DNA of 64,000 nucleotides from Eledone cirrhosa (taxonomy: Eukaryota). Below are positions 24,006 through 38,820 of the stretch, piece by piece. Each line of letters opens with the position of its first letter. Positions within the stretch are counted from its first letter, which is position 1. The DNA lies in assembly GCA_964016885.1 (NCBI GenBank), contig OZ024742.1, positions 253,766,001 through 253,830,000 on the forward strand. Direction: 5' to 3'. Under the pieces are notes generated by a model, which saw nothing but the letters and a program-made list of their open reading frames with translations, had not been told where the DNA came from and ran no database searches. The position numbers and the translations under genes were made by a program.

Positions 24006-25689
24006 AGATAAAAGTGTAAATTGATGTTTTGATTTATTTGTCTTGCTTTACCCTGCCCTAAGTTTCATTCTTGTATTTCTAATTTGCATTGTACTGGCTT
24101 TCCCAAAATAATTATAACCACTAATGAAGAAATAAATAGGAAAATAATGCATTTACGGACACAACATCATCATCATCACTGTTTTAATGTCTGCTTTCCA
24201 CACTGGCATGAATTAGATGGGTTGTCACAGTTCAATATTAGATAGGTTGGAGTGACCTCATATTGCTAATTATGTTCCATATTTTGCATGGTTTCTATGG
24301 TTGATTGCCTTTCCTAACACCAACTACATTAAAGCATGTACTGCATGCATTTTATCATGGCACTAACAGCACTACTGCTTTGTAGAGTGAACTGGATATA
24401 TTTCATCATGGCACCAGCAATATGTGAATTTTAAAAGACAATTAAGCCTTAATGACTTGGCTGTTTAAATTATGTCAAACTTTTGCTGCAGTTTCAAATA
24501 GTAACTTGATATAGATTATTCTCTGTGAAACATATTAATGTTGTGTATTAGCGATATAGTAATTTACTTTCTTAATGTTATATCAACACAGTCCAAATTT
24601 ACCATTAGTGTACAAAGTAAGTCTGTTTGTACTGCACTCTAAGAATTTAAATTAATTATAAAACAATATAAAATAAAATAAAATCTCAGGATAAATAATG
24701 TGATTAATTGTTGTAAAAACAAATTTTTTAAAAGATTAAAAAATATAAAAATAATAATTTACAATGAAAAAAGTGAAATACGATTTGATATATTTGCAAA
24801 CTGTCACCAGTTAGTAGAGGCGTAAATTTTGGTGTAATTCTGATAGGAGGAAGTGTGAGAATGTGTTGGTAGACTGACGAAAAAAGACAGCATTAGCCAA
24901 AGCGTTAAAGAGGACATGAAAAGAAGGAAAAAAATAGAGAATATAATGGAAATTTATTGGAGTAGAATAGCCTCCATTAATCCTTTCGTAATTTATGACT
25001 CATGCTCGAGAAATGATGCAAACCACAACATTGTTTTATAAAATTTAAATCGGAAATAGAAGAATAGAATAAACAAACAAACAAAAATTCACAATTCATA
25101 AAGAAATAAAAAAATAATGAATAATTAATAAAGTGAGACAAAAGAAAACATTAAACAAATGTTATACAGTTACTGTGATGAAAAAAAGAAAATTATTGCA
25201 TAGTTTATAAAGTGTAATTTTATTAATAATTAATGTTAAAAGAAATGAAGGCATTGGAGTGACAGAAAGCGTTGTTTCTGCAGTAGAAAGAACTGTGTGA
25301 TTAACAAGTTCGATTTATTAATATAGAGGTTCAGGTTCAATTTCACTAAATAGTAGCATCTTTTAATATAGTCTTGATGAGATTTCTATGAGTAAAATTT
25401 TGTAGGAGAAAATGTATATAGATCATCATAATCATAATCATCATCATCATTGTTTAATATCAGCTTTCCCTGCTGGCAAGGTTTGGATAGGTCATCAACA
25501 GACAAGGCTGGTACTCAAAGCAGATGTTTTTTTTTTCTTGTGATAAGTTGCGAAATAATGTTAGAGCAACAGTGAGGTGCTGCAAACATTCATGTGCATG
25601 CATGGTCTTTGGCAAGCTCACTGGATGAATTAGTTGCAGTAAAGTTGCCAGTGAGATACTGTACTATTTATTTATCATGTTTATATTTC

Positions 25690-26012
25690 ACCCAATACTG
25701 CCAACAAGGATCCTGAGTTCCTGAATACCATGACAACTGTAGATGAGAAGAAAGTGTATGGATATGACTCAGAACCAAAGTTCAATCATCACAGTAAATG
25801 CATCCAACATCATGAAGGCCCCAAAATGTATGTGAGGTGCAGAGCAAAATCAAGGTGATGTTGACTGTTTTCTTTAACTAACATGGCATTGTGCATCACA
25901 AATATGCAACAGAAGGATGAACAACAAAGGAATACTCTCAAGAAGAGATACAGTCCAGTGCAAGAGACCACATATGTGGGCCTCACAGAACTGGCAGCTG
26001 TATGATGACAAT
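25690..26012 (+). mobile_element. Degraded mariner catalytic-domain fragment
   Basis: Hand translation across frames: DPEFLNTMTTVDEKKVYGYD, QSKIKVMLTVFF, GIVHHKY, WQLYDDN. Confidence 0.7.
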
Positions 26013-26129
26013 TGTATTATTGTAGCTGATCCAAAGTTACTTGGCAAAGAAGCGCAATTTAGTAGACTATATTTCAAAGTACAAAACATGCATTGAAACC
26101 GTTAACTCTGAGTTAACTTAATATTCAAT

Positions 26130-27958
26130 ATATACACTCTGCTAGATCAATAATCGAGTTTATTATTGTCTCTGACCATTTTGATTCTGCTGGATGTTCA
26201 TGTTAAGAAAGGGACTGAGCTGTCAACTGATCCCCATCTAGTTATCTGCAAATTGAGACTACCTAATGACAAAGAAGATCACAAAATTGGAAGGTTCAGG
26301 GCAGCCTACAAAATAAAGTGAGAAGCGTTGGTGGATAAGGAAGTCAGAACCAGGTATGCAGATAATATTGCATCCAAATTCAGAGAACTTCCTGATCAAA
26401 CTGAGGACTTTGAGACAGAGTGGAGACTGTTCAGCTCAGCAGTTTCTGCTTCAGTTATTAAAGGCTTGGTGTGGTGCAGATGGCAGGAGGACTCCTTGGT
26501 TCAAAAGAGGTCAAAGATGCCCCCTGAGCAAAGAAGGAAGCCTACAAAGCTTGGCTTGGAAATAAATCCTCCTTCTTGCACTTGGGGTACAAGCAGGCAT
26601 GAAGAATTGTAGCAGAGACAATAAAGGCATACAAAGTTAAGACTAGGAGGCTGAGTTTACAAGAGCAGTTAAAGAGCTCAAATGTGGCAAGGCTGCTGGG
26701 AAAGATGAAATCTGGCCTGAGATGTTAAAAGCCTTAAATAGAGAAGGTATTCTCTGGCAGACTCATGTGTGCTGGGTAACCTGGATCTCTGGCAAGGCAC
26801 ATTAGCAATGGAAATCAGGAGTGATAATCCCAATTACAAAGGGATCGCTTTGTTAAGCCTCTCTAGTAAAGTCTATGCTAAGTGTCTGGCAAAGAGATGC
26901 AGGGAGATTGTCAAGTCTAATCTAACTGTGGAAAAGTGTGATTTTTACCCCAGACACAGCACAACTATCCAAATATTCACACCTCAACAGGTGTTTGAGA
27001 AATCGTGGGAGTATTGCCAAGAGGTATAGTTTGTTTTGTAGACCTTGAAAAAGCATATGACCACATTCCTTGGGACCTGCTGAAGTATTTGCATTCAGAT
27101 AAATTGTGCTAAATCGAGACCATTCAATATGGTAGTTAAACTCCATCAAGAGTGTGTACTGTCACCTCTCCTGTTCATTATTTTCATGAAGTGGATTGAC
27201 ATGTACAGCCGGGTTGGAAGTGTTATCATGATTGGCAGGTGTAAAATCAGTCGGATAGAATTTGCAGATGACACAGTGTTATTTAACTTGACAGGCAGTG
27301 ATATCCAAATTGCCTTCTACATGTGAATGGAGTTCCACTGAAGCAGGTGGAGAAGTTGAAGTATCTCAGGACTGTGTTGATGAGAGATGGAAGAGAGGAG
27401 GCTGAATTAAGTGCAAGAATTGCAGGAGCTGGTGCAGTAATGCATCAGCTTCAGCATTCAGTAATCAGAAGGGAGGTAGACTTAAAAGCCAAACTCGCTA
27501 TCTTCAATTTGGTATTTGTGCTAACACTTACCTGTCATGAATATTGGGTAATGACCAAAAGAATATGATCACGAATACAAGTGGTCAAAATGTGGTTGCT
27601 CTGAAGGGTCTTTGGAGTAACATTCCTTTATAGAGGGTGAGCTTGGAGATCAGAAATTCACTCCACATAGATTTGTTACTTCTCCGAATTGACAGATTAC
27701 AGCTCTGATACTGTGTAGTTGGAATGTCTCAGGAAGGAATTTCTGGACAGATTTTATGGGAAAGACCAACCAGCAGGAGATCCAGGGGTAGACCACAAAC
27801 AAGATGGTTAAATAACATCCATGAGCTTGGCTACTTTTGCTTGGGGATCCAGGCAAATCAGTTGGAGACAGTTGCTTCTCACATGAGCCACTAGAAAGAT
27901 TGTTTGCAGATTCTGTTGTCATGACCCTCTCAGGAATAAGTGGGTGAAGAAGAAGAAA
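26130..27958 (+). mobile_element. Degraded RTE LINE (Rex3/Expander-like), end of EN through 3' tail
   Basis: KGIALLSLSSKVYAKCL, LHQECVLSPLLFIIFM, FADD, VEKLKYL; (GAA)n tail; many frameshifts. Confidence 0.85.
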
Positions 27959-28468
27959 TAAGATATAGCCTATGTATATTGCTGTTTTGACAGAGGCCTA
28001 ACATCAGGTTCTGTGAAGGTTGAGAAAAATCAGTAAAAAAGTGAGTGATAGGAATTAGAATTTCATGCAGAAGAAGACATTAAGAGTTTTATAGCTTTTC
28101 TGAATTAAAAAGAAATATTTTCTGCCTACACATCTTCATAACCACACAATTAAGGTGCTGACTCTTTATATATGCATATTTATCTGTTGTGATACAAAAC
28201 TCCCTTTGGTTATATGATACAAAACTGGTTATTTTAAAGGTTTTATATTTATTTTAAAATCTTTCATTAATTCTAAGTACAAATTTAATAATGAGGAATT
28301 TATTTCATTAAGTCCCATCAATATCTTGATAATTTTAAAAATAATTTAATAATCATAAGCAGTGTCTATGGTAATGAAAGGATTAAAGTGTTTATCTTTA
28401 TCTTAAAATCTTTCATAATCAATTTATGTAAGAATCTTTCTTAAGTGATGTTCCAAACACATATGTAA

Positions 28469-28652
28469 CAATTGTTTCTACTTTTGGCACAAGGCCAGCA
28501 ATTACCCAATACATTGCTGGTACTTTATTTTATCAACTCCGTAAGGATGAAAGGCAAAGTTAACCATGGCGGGATTTGAACTCAGTCCGTAAAGGGATGT
28601 AACTGTGCTGCAAAGCATGGTGTCTGACCCTCTACGGATACTGCTAATCCCC
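28469..28652 (-). mobile_element. SINE family S1
   Basis: Reverse complement of the 641-820 family. Confidence 0.85.
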
Positions 28653-30215
28653 CACAATAATGAGAGAGTTATAGTATTAAATTCTATTCAAATTTTTTAT
28701 GTTAAAAATTATTTGAAAAACATAGGTGCTGTGTTTTAACAAATGATATTATAATGAAAGTGTTAAGATGTTTATATTTATCAAAAACATTCCATCATAA
28801 ATTTTTGTAAGAACTTTTTAGTATGTTCCAAACATCAGCTTTATAATGGGAAAGTTAGATATGTTACTACATCCCTCCAAATTCTTGATTATTTACAAAA
28901 TTATTTGAAAATCATAGACAGTGTATTATTAAAGGTAAATACAAATCTTTTATACTATCCAATGATATGTATAGATTTATATACTCTATTAAACATTGTA
29001 ATTTAGCAATGGAATCTATGTGACATTATCATTCCTGCTACAAACATTATTAGACAGAAATAAGAAAAAGAAAGATGGAATCCTATTTTCTATGCAATGA
29101 ACTATGGAATGTGTGATGTGTTATGTCAAGAATGCAACGATCTACTAAATAAAGTTGTTTTCTAAAACATGCAAAAGAAATGCGAAATTTGAAAGAATTA
29201 TTGTGTCTCATTATAATTGAATATAATGAAGTACCATGTTATGTACCTTTAGACTGAAAACACAATTTTAACATATTTTGCTCCAATGTAACAATCTAAT
29301 CATTTTCAATATAATGATTTCACAAACATAGGAGTAGAGTATTTTATTATTCGAAACAAAGGATTTTAATTAGATCACATCTACTTTTATATGGAAATAC
29401 TAATGGACTTTTCTTTGTGTGCATTTTTGTATGAAATAAAGACTTTATATTATATTTTCTCACTAATGGACACACCATTGTGCTTGTATGTATGTAAATG
29501 GAACTGGCGTGAAAAGCATTATTCAATAATGAAAGCAGTCGCTGGTTTAAGGCAATTTTCTTCAGCATGTCAGAGATTGTTACTTACTTCCTATATATAT
29601 ATATAGAGAGAGAGAGGGAGATTGTTTAACACATTTCAATAAGGCTGACAGTACTAGAATTAAAAATCAAAATTAAATTCAAAACATTACGAAATATCTA
29701 TGTATATATATATATATACATACATTCATACATAAACCTATAGACAGTGCAGGTGTGTGTGAGTACAGATACAATCGATATGTGTGGAAGTGATTGCATT
29801 ACCAATGCCAAAATAGGAATATTAATATAATTTGGGAGGAACTTTTAGCGTGTTTATAAATTAACAGACAACGAAAGAAAATAAATCAAACAGGTTTCTT
29901 CTATGCAGATTCAGTGAAATGTGTCACCACTTGAAATTACAGAAAAGGAGAGAGGCTGAGAGAGAGAGAGGGAAGGAGAGAGAGAGAGATGGAGGGATAG
30001 AGAAAGATGGACAGAGAGAGTGCAAGAGAGGGAGGGGGTATACAGCAGTGTTTGTCAAGACTAGAAGTGAGAAGTAGCTTGATGTTGTAAATGCTATGTG
30101 TTTAAAATCACTGTTCATTCTATCACTTTTGTCTCTAATGTTCTTTGGATCGTAATTGGAGAGGTAAGTTGTATTTCATGATGACTATCACTATTATCAT
30201 CAGTTAACCGCGAAG

Positions 30216-30440
30216 AGATTTGAACTCAGAACAAAAAGGGCCATAACTCTATGCTGCAAATCATGGTGGTAGAGCGTCAGACGCCATGATTTGCAGCATT
30301 GAGTTATGGCCCTTTTTGTTTTGAGTGCAAATCCTGCCGAGGTTAATTTTGCTTTTCATCCTAACGGGGTCGATAAAATAAAGTACCAGTAATGCACTGG
30401 GGTAATTGCTGGCCTTGTGCCAAAAGTAGAAACAATTATT
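30216..30440 (+). mobile_element. SINE family S1 with a 5' inverted duplication
   Basis: 30216-30265 is the reverse complement of ~30284-30333. Confidence 0.75.
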
Positions 30441-30669
30441 ATCATCATTTAACATTTACTTTCCCTGTCAGTAAGGATTGGATGGGTTTCACAGAATGAG
30501 TCAGTACTGAAGTGGGTCTTTTGACCTCCTAAGCAGTCCAGGAGCCTGCAACATGCTTACATATGGGCCCACACTCCACGAGTGCATTTTATTATGACAT
30601 GAGCAATGGAGAGGTTATCATGTCTTCGATACACTCATGCACCACCACACACACACATATATATCTATG

Positions 30670-30805
30670 AAGTTGTGTAGCATAGTGGCTAGAGAGTTGG
30701 ATTCACAAACATGAGGTTGTGAGTTTGATTCCTGAACTGGGTGATACATTGTGCCCTTAAGCAAGACACTTTATTTCACATTGTTCCAGTTAACTCAGCT
30801 GTAGG
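30670..30805 (+). mobile_element. SINE family S2
   Basis: GTAGCATAGTGGCTAGAG..CCCTTAAGCAAGACACTTTATTTCAC. Confidence 0.65.
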
Positions 30806-31224
30806 GGGTCTTTACCCTATGTATATATATATTTCCCTTGTCATCACATGAAATTCTATGTTTACTTGTCATAGCTTAATTGCTATAAGTTGCTGTTTTT
30901 TCTCATATCTTAGTCCATATAACAGCGCTTTGACATATGTCAGATGCTGTGACCCTGAGTGGACCAGCAGTACAATTGGTAGGGGTCAAAACTGCCAAAG
31001 TCTATCTCAATCGCTAATGACTCTAGAGTTCTGTATTTTTCGTTTGTTTTCTTTATTTTCAAAAAATGATTTTTTATGGTTTCCCTTAAAAAAAAAATTG
31101 CTTTTCATTTTGTCTTGTTTTCATTCATTGTCTTGTCCACTCTTTGTTCATTTTCCTATATATATATCATCATCATCATCATCATCGTTTAACATCCATT
31201 TTCCACGCTAACATATAATAGCAC

Positions 31225-31680
31225 ATTTGTTTGTCTGTTTGTCTTCTATGCACTTGAAAACCGGTGAGCCAATCATGTTCAAATGCTGCTGAAGAATAGA
31301 ATTTCATTTGGAAGAAAGTCTCATAAAGCTATGGAAGAGCAGCTACAAAGGGAGAATGAAAGTGAAGAGCAGCAACAAGAAAGACTCCAAAAACAAAGAA
31401 AAACAACTGCAAAATATAGGCGAAATGAATCAGAAGAACAAAGATCAAAAAGGCTTGTTAAAGATAGGACAAGGAAAGCAACTATTCATCAAGAATTAGT
31501 TGTACAGCGCAAAACAGAGAAGATGAATGAGATGCACTAAAATTGTTCAGGCTTCCACAACAAAGAATAATAAGTGCACAGAATAGACAGGATGAATCAG
31601 AGGAAGAAAGATCAAAAAGGCTTGCTGCAGTTAGGGCAATGAAAGCAGCTAACTTCATTAAGACATCACTCTAGGAAAAG
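31225..31680 (+). mobile_element. Helitron-derived fragment (N-terminal ESEEQR repeats)
   Basis: RENESEEQQQERL / RRNESEEQRSKRL repeats typical of Helitron RepHel N-termini; upstream TTGTTTGTCTGTTTGTC motif. Confidence 0.55.
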
Positions 31681-32085
31681 GTCAATCTGACGTAAAACTT
31701 GCAACTTCGTTTGTAACCAATGATGTAGACTAGTTCTACATTTTGGATAAATGCATTAGATGTTCAGAGAGTTGGAATGGCTCCGTGCAAAGATTTTCCT
31801 CATTTAAAAAATATTCAAGCACAGCCATCGCTTGATATTTGACATCTTCTTAAGTATCAAGAGATAGCATTACTCAGAATCGAGTTGCTGCCATCATATA
31901 TATATATATGAGAAAGCTGAACTTCGTTTATAAAGTGAAACAAATAGAACAACAAATAAATACAAACAAAAAGCGATAGCAATGATTAACGTCTGATATT
32001 ATATCAGACTTTGACCTCAAATATAGAGTTGAAGAAAAATCATATATCTTATAACATTTACTTTCTAACAAAATAGCAATGTATT

Positions 32086-32117
<32 letters not shown>

Positions 32118-33857
32118 CATTTATATATATATATACATATATATACATATATATATGTATGTGTATGTGTGTGTGTATATATAACATCAAAATCATGTAG
32201 ACGAGGCGCCATAAAATCTTCTCTAGAGATAGAAAATAATAAATTCTATTCTAGTTTGCTTGTCTGTTACTGATGTTGTTGTTGTTGTTAAAGCTCACAC
32301 CTATGTAGGTTTAGCTGGCATCCTATGACGTCATATCTCACAGGACATTTCTTAGTTGTTTTAATGATAGGAACTCAGACCTATCACACTCACTCTACCC
32401 ATTTATATATACATATATATGATACTGTTGTTAAAGTTCACATCTATATAGGTTTAGCTGATCTTCTACTAGGTTGCATCGATTAAGATGTTCCTTGGGT
32501 GTTACAATGATAGAGCATCCTCTCCTACCATTATATATATATTACTATCTTCACCATCCTTTCATTCATAGAGATAAATGTTTTGTTGCAAACAGAGGTA
32601 GTAATTCCTAAACATTTTGAAATCTGTGCCTGTTGTAGCTGCTATGAAATCAGAGCCCCCTATTCCACTGATAATTATGTCACCAAGGTAACAGAAGCTA
32701 TTGACTACTTCTATGAAGCCTTCCAGGACTGGAAAATGCTTATTTCACAAGGACCCCCTACAATTTTGTTAGTCTGCTTGTAATCTCACTACAGTTTTTG
32801 TGTATCCATATTTTACACTGTGTACATCATATAGACTTCCTACATACTCCTTTTCTATATATCAAGCATGACCACATTCCTGATGAACATGAGTCATTGG
32901 TGATATGTTGTACTACAGAACACTCATATCCTTTCATAAGTGGGATGAAATGAGGGATGGCTGTAAAATATAGACCAATGTAACAACACATAGGGTGCCA
33001 CTCCTATCTGTTCATCTCACCTACTCACCCCTCCACACTTGAACCCCCCCTCCTCCAGTATAGTCTTTTCCCTCCCACCTAGTCTCTCTCATTCACATCC
33101 CTGGCTTTTACCCAAAAGCAGTTGCACCTTCAATCTAACTGCCAGAGGTTGTTGTCTCAATGTGTCTCTCCCTCTTTACAAGCTCACACTATTACCCAGC
33201 AATTGCTCCCCTCCCCCACTTCCAAATTTATTGCCAAAAATACTTCTCCTCCCACCTCCTTGCCCAACTATGCCAGCATGGGAAGCTCACAGCACACTAC
33301 CACCAGACATCAATCATTTCCCCTAAGACTAGCCCTCCTGTCATGGGCTAGTAACGAGAAGCCTAAAACTCTTATCCCCACTCCCTACACTGTCCTCCCA
33401 GCTCAGCTAAGGACACAAGATCTTAGTATTGAAATATTGTAATAGTGGTTCCACAATAAAATTCACTCAGTCCACACTGGAATGTGGTAGGGTTTCTAAT
33501 AATATAAAATGCACCCACCACCCTTTATAAAGATGTTGTGCTGATGACACAAAAAATAACCCAATTCAACTTGTCGTGTGGTAGTGGTGATGCTATGAGA
33601 AAGTGAACAAAGTACACAACCTGAAGTGTTTGGCATTAGAAAGCGCACCCAACAGCAGAAACCATGTCAAAATGGAATGTATGAACAAGACACCGTCATC
33701 TGACCTGCCTGTCTAATCTCAAAATGTGACAACCGTCTAACCCTTGCAAGTTCGTAAAATAGATGTAAAATGGTATATGAAGCAAAGTCTATTTGTTGAG
33801 GAAGAAAGATGAATATGGCAAGTACAACAATTCTGATTCATTATATATAGCTTTAGT

Positions 33858-34128
33858 AAAGTACCAGTAATGTACTGGGTGATTGGTGGCCTTGTGCCAA
33901 AAGTAGAAACAATTATATATAGCTTTGGGCAGTGGATTGGCAGTATCGGTAGAGGGTCGGACGCCATGCTTTGCAGCAAAGATTTACGGCCCATTATGGG
34001 CTGAGTTCAAATCCCGCCGAGGTTAACTTTGCCTTTCATCCTTACGGGGTCGATAAAATAAAGTACCAGTAATGTACTGGGTCATTGCTGGCCTTGTGCC
34101 AAAAGTAGAAACAATTATATATAGCTTT
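33858..34128 (+). mobile_element. SINE family S1: truncated and full copies in tandem
   Basis: TATATATAGCTTT occurs before, between and after the two copies (TSD-like). Confidence 0.85.
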
Positions 34129-34303
34129 ACTTCACCTCAGAGAATAAAAAAAATATGATTGCTTTGAATTGTAAATGCAATCAATGATTATAGTATTCAA
34201 TAATGCCTTGGTGTTGTGTGAACAATCAATTTTTTTTACCTTGGGCTATTCCCTTAAAAAGTGACAAGTTGGTAGTCAAGCAGCAATGATGTTGCCATAG
34301 AAA

Positions 34304-34477
34304 TAATTGTTTCTACTTTTGGCACAAGGCCAGCAATTATCCCAGTTTATTACTGGTACTTTATTTTATCAACTCTGTAAGGATGAAAGGCAAAGTTAAC
34401 CTCGGCGGGATTTGAACTCAGATCATGCTGGAAAGCATGGCGTCCGACCCTCTACTGATACTGCCAATCCACCGCCT
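34304..34477 (-). mobile_element. SINE family S1
   Basis: Reverse complement of the 641-820 family. Confidence 0.85.
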
Positions 34478-34939
34478 ATTAGAAATAATAGTACTAAACC
34501 ATATGTGACAAACTGTGTTGTCAAATAGATTACATACAAGAGAATGTCTTCCTAGGACCAACCAACAGAGTATTTATAATGAGTGCTAATTGTTTTACAG
34601 AAAACAGATGGCATTTAGAAAATGTCCTCCCTTTGTACAATTGATGCCATGAGCCCTTCACCAAATGGAAATTTATCTATAGTGATTTCTAAGAGGTCAT
34701 ATGTCAATCCTTTGGTGGTTGTGACCATCAAAGAAAACATTGTGAGAAATTATTTCTTTCGCTACATATATATATATCATCATCATCAACATCACCGTTT
34801 AACATCAATTTTTTCACACTACCATAGGTTAGATGAGTTATCCTGTTGTGTGTCAAGCCAAGTCAGATGACCATGTCTTGCCCATACAGAACTGTTTCTT
34901 GATAGGTTTCTATGGCTGGATGCCCTTCCTAAAGCCAAT

Positions 34940-34976
<37 letters not shown>

Positions 34977-35685
34977 GGAGAGAGGGAGAGGGGGAGAGAG
35001 AGAGATACCTACACATTCATGCACACAGAAATGTATATTTCATGCTGTATTTTATTTTATTTTTGTTGCCTAGTATTTAATTGCTTTAAAACTTTGGGTA
35101 GGCTTAAAAGTGGTTTAACATAATCAATTTACACAGAATAACTGCATTTCTCTGTCTTGTTAGTTTGGAAGAATTTACATTGCATTTCTGAATAAGACGA
35201 AAGAAAAAAAACAGAAAAAAAAATTTGTTCTAATCTAAATATCAATATTAATTCTCCGTTAATTCCAGACAGTTACGATGCTAAGAACTTTATATATTGA
35301 TTGTAAATATATTCTGGTGTTTTTGTTGTACTGGTTGATGCTGCCATGTTTTTTTTTTATAATATTACTAAAAGAGAAATATACTTATGAAATATTACAC
35401 ACACAAACATTAACATACCAACATTTGAATATTAGTGTAAATGGTCACATATACACACATAAATGCATGAATAGTTACACACACACACACTGATACACAA
35501 ACACACACAAAGACATGGACACCCAGACAGACAGACAGACACACATACATACTCAGAAACGCACACAAACTGTGGCATTGAGTACATAAATACTAACATA
35601 CACAAACCACAAACGCATACATATATTGTGTTCATATATGTATGTGTTCATGCATGTGTGTTGAGGTATATTTTAACATACTTAT

Positions 35686-35737
<52 letters not shown>

Positions 35738-35740
35738 ACA

Positions 35741-35777
<37 letters not shown>

Positions 35778-35967
35778 ACATATATATGATGGATATGTAA
35801 ATATACATATATTTAGTAAAGTATGTGTTAGTTAATCACTGACAATAGTGTATGCCGGATAGAGCACTCTGCGAAGTACACAAGTGGGTCTGTTTACTCA
35901 AGAATATAATTATAATCATGAAGTACACATGAACAGATTAGAATATACTTCATTTATTCATAATCAC

Positions 35968-37340
35968 TGTCATATATATTTTGATGAAAACTGTTATGCA
36001 ACAGTTATGACCTCATCAGACACCTAGAAGCTGAACAGAAAAAATAGAAAAACATGAAGAAAAAATAATAAGAATGATAAAATAGAATAAAGTAAAGTAA
36101 AGTAAAAATGAGCTTAAAGATACATGACCAATAATTAAACAAGGAATACATCACAAATGGTATAGAAGTAGAAACAAAGGACAGAAAAAGAACAGAATAA
36201 AAGAAGAAAAAAGAAGAACAAAAAGGTGGGATGGGCGAAAAGTACACCTGTCCCTGAAGCTCGTCAGTGCTGCTCCTATGTATATATATATATATTGAGT
36301 TGGAGGTAGATTTTTCACCAGGCATTTATTGTCAAGCAAGGTTTCTGCAGTTACATAATTTGGTGCTGACACCTGTGTATAGACTGTGGGGTGTCCAATG
36401 GGTAGTTTGGAGTGGTTGGTCACTGTGACTTGCATATGATCCTTAATGTGATTAGGGTTATCGCCATCTGGAATATATTGGGTTCCTCCAGAATTAGTCA
36501 GCACCTATCTAAATTCTAATATCCTAAGCCTATTATTATTGATGATAGCTATGTGCTGGGCTAAGCTACGCATAGTGGAGTATGAGTGGTTCACTGTGTG
36601 TCTATTAAAAATCTTATGGTACCTATGGGTCCTCAGAAAGCATTTATCTGGTGCCCCAAAGAGTAAACTAACCTGGGTGGTCTGTAGTCCCACAGAGTAT
36701 GGTGGATTGTACCACACTTTTCTTCCATATCTAGTTCTGCTACTAGATGTTTGGGTTGGGGTCATATCAGATTTACGAGGTGCTCTCCTGCCTCAAGCAA
36801 AGTGTGTCTGTTTTCTCACAGCATGGTGATGTTCCTATATACTGTCACGTCTCTGTGGGTAGGGCATTACTAGCCAGTAACCATTTTTCCATACTGGAGC
36901 ATTTCACTGTCTGCTCTAATTCATGTCCTGTGGTCAAGGATGCACAGGCCAGGGCAGTTTGCAGTGGCATTATTCCTATCATAGGCATTGCGTTTATTCA
37001 ATCCATGCTGGGGGAGGGGGGTGCATGTGCAGTTCCCACAAGCATAATGGTGCTAGATCCTAGAGCTAAGTCATTTTTAGGTTTTGAGAATGTTGGTGCT
37101 GTGGCCTCCACCCTCCAAGACTGGCTTTTGAATGCCCTTGGAGGGTACCACTATTGTTACACACTGGGGTTATAACTAATACTCTGACCATAGACTGCCT
37201 TATCTAAAGCTTCATTGTAGTAATCTGCATTATCATTGAAGATTTCTTGGCTGGCAGATAAATTGGAAATTCTGATTTCAACCTCAACCCCAACCCAACC
37301 ATCTAGCAATAAAACTAGACTTCTCCACCTGCCCATTCTT
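35968..37340 (-). mobile_element. Decayed Naiad-type Penelope-like element with a dead HHR at its 3' end
   Basis: RISNLSASQEIFNDNADYYNEALDKAVY; RKVWYNPPYS..HRYHKIFNRHTV..YSTM; KCLVKNL..YIGAALTSFRDR; HHR relic TGT-CTGATGA..AAAA-TATATA-TG-ACA at 35968-36022. Confidence 0.8.
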
Positions 37341-37410
37341 CGAAAAGAGTGCAAGATTTTTTAAGAGGGAATTGCCCATGTTTGTCCCTAGAAGATATCT
37401 AGCCCTTTAA

Positions 37411-37626
37411 CCCTATGGTATTTAAATTACTCTGTATTTACTATTGTATTTTCACAGTAAAGGCTTTATTGCATATATCTCACATAATATCGAATCTATG
37501 AGATTTTGATATTATTTATTTTATAACAATACCTTAACATCAGTATGAATGGCTAGATACAGCCTGTTTGAACAGAAAGAGAGGAGAGAATTCTGGCCGG
37601 ATATGGCCGGTTTAAATCCTAAAGGG
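37411..37626. mobile_element. piggyBac-like MITE
   Basis: TTAA|CCCTATGGTATTTAAA ... TTTAAATCCTAAAGGG|TTAA: imperfect TIRs with a TTAA TSD. Confidence 0.7.
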
Positions 37627-37631
37627 TTAAC

Positions 37632-37959
37632 TTGCCAGATTTGAATCTGTGTGATTTTTTGTTGTGGAGCACAGTTGAAGCAATATCCAACACAACTTCA
37701 CACAACTGTGTGTCTTCACTGAAGGTTTCGATCAAGTGAGCATTCAATAAAATGAAAAGTGAAGAAATAATTAAGGCATATAGATCATCTTGTAAACGGA
37801 TTGAACTAGAAAAGAAAGAAAATGGCAGTAATATTGAACTGAAATAAGTGCTCCACAATAAATTGGCATAAGCATGACATTTGCAGTGTTTGACTCATCT
37901 GAGTTTTACCAATTAGAATAAAGATATTTAAATGGTCCCAATTTACAAGGTACACCCTG
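37632..37959 (+). mobile_element. Tc1/mariner 3' fragment
   Basis: PDLNLCDFLLWSTVE..ENGSNIE; ends ..TACACCCTG|TA. Confidence 0.7.
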
Positions 37960-38175
37960 TATATATATCATCATCATCACCGTTTTATGTCCATTCTTCC
38001 ACGCTAGCATGGGTTAGATAGGTTGACGTGTTGTGGGCAGTGCCAGGTCGAGTGTCCTTGTCTTGCTCATACAGGAACTGATTTAGGCTTGATTTCTACA
38101 GCTGGATGCCCTTCCTAACACCAACCTCATTTACAGTGAATACTGGGTGCTTTTTTACTGTGGCACCTACACGAC

Positions 38176-38261
<86 letters not shown>

Positions 38262-38820
38262 ACCATCATGCCCCCACCCCTACCATATTGACAACATGCC
38301 TCACACTACTACATCCCCAGTGCTGAAAGGGCTATACAGTTGGGTCCATGACCAACAACTTCCCTAGTGATGGTGTCACGAAAATGCACCTGGTACACTT
38401 CGGAAGAGTGGTTGGTGTCAGAAAGGGCACCCCACTGTAGAAACCATGCTTAAAAAGGTTGAGAAGACCCTTTAGTTATCTCAAAGACACAACAGCCTCT
38501 CTAATGTTGGTGATCAACATGATAGACAAATCCAGTACATGCAGTAAAGTGGTTGGAGACAGAAAGGGGATCCAGCCACAGAACACTTGCCAAAAAAGGG
38601 TTGAGAGGACCCTTCAGTTTGTGTCAAAAGACATGACAACTTGTCCTCTGCACTTGAAATGACTGTATGTATTTAAGCAAGATACAAACCCCTTAGCCTG
38701 TCTAGGAGGTCTGGAGTCATGCTTCACTACAGACTTGATCTGCGTAGACCCATCTAATCCTTTCTAGCAAAGAAAATGGATATTAAATGATGATGATAAT
38801 ATGTAAATACATATATATAT

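Noticed and set aside
33841-34128. SINE tail duplicated upstream, resembling terminal redundancy from a circular template
   Set aside because: TATATATAGCTTT occurs three times, which fits two insertions at one target with TSDs.
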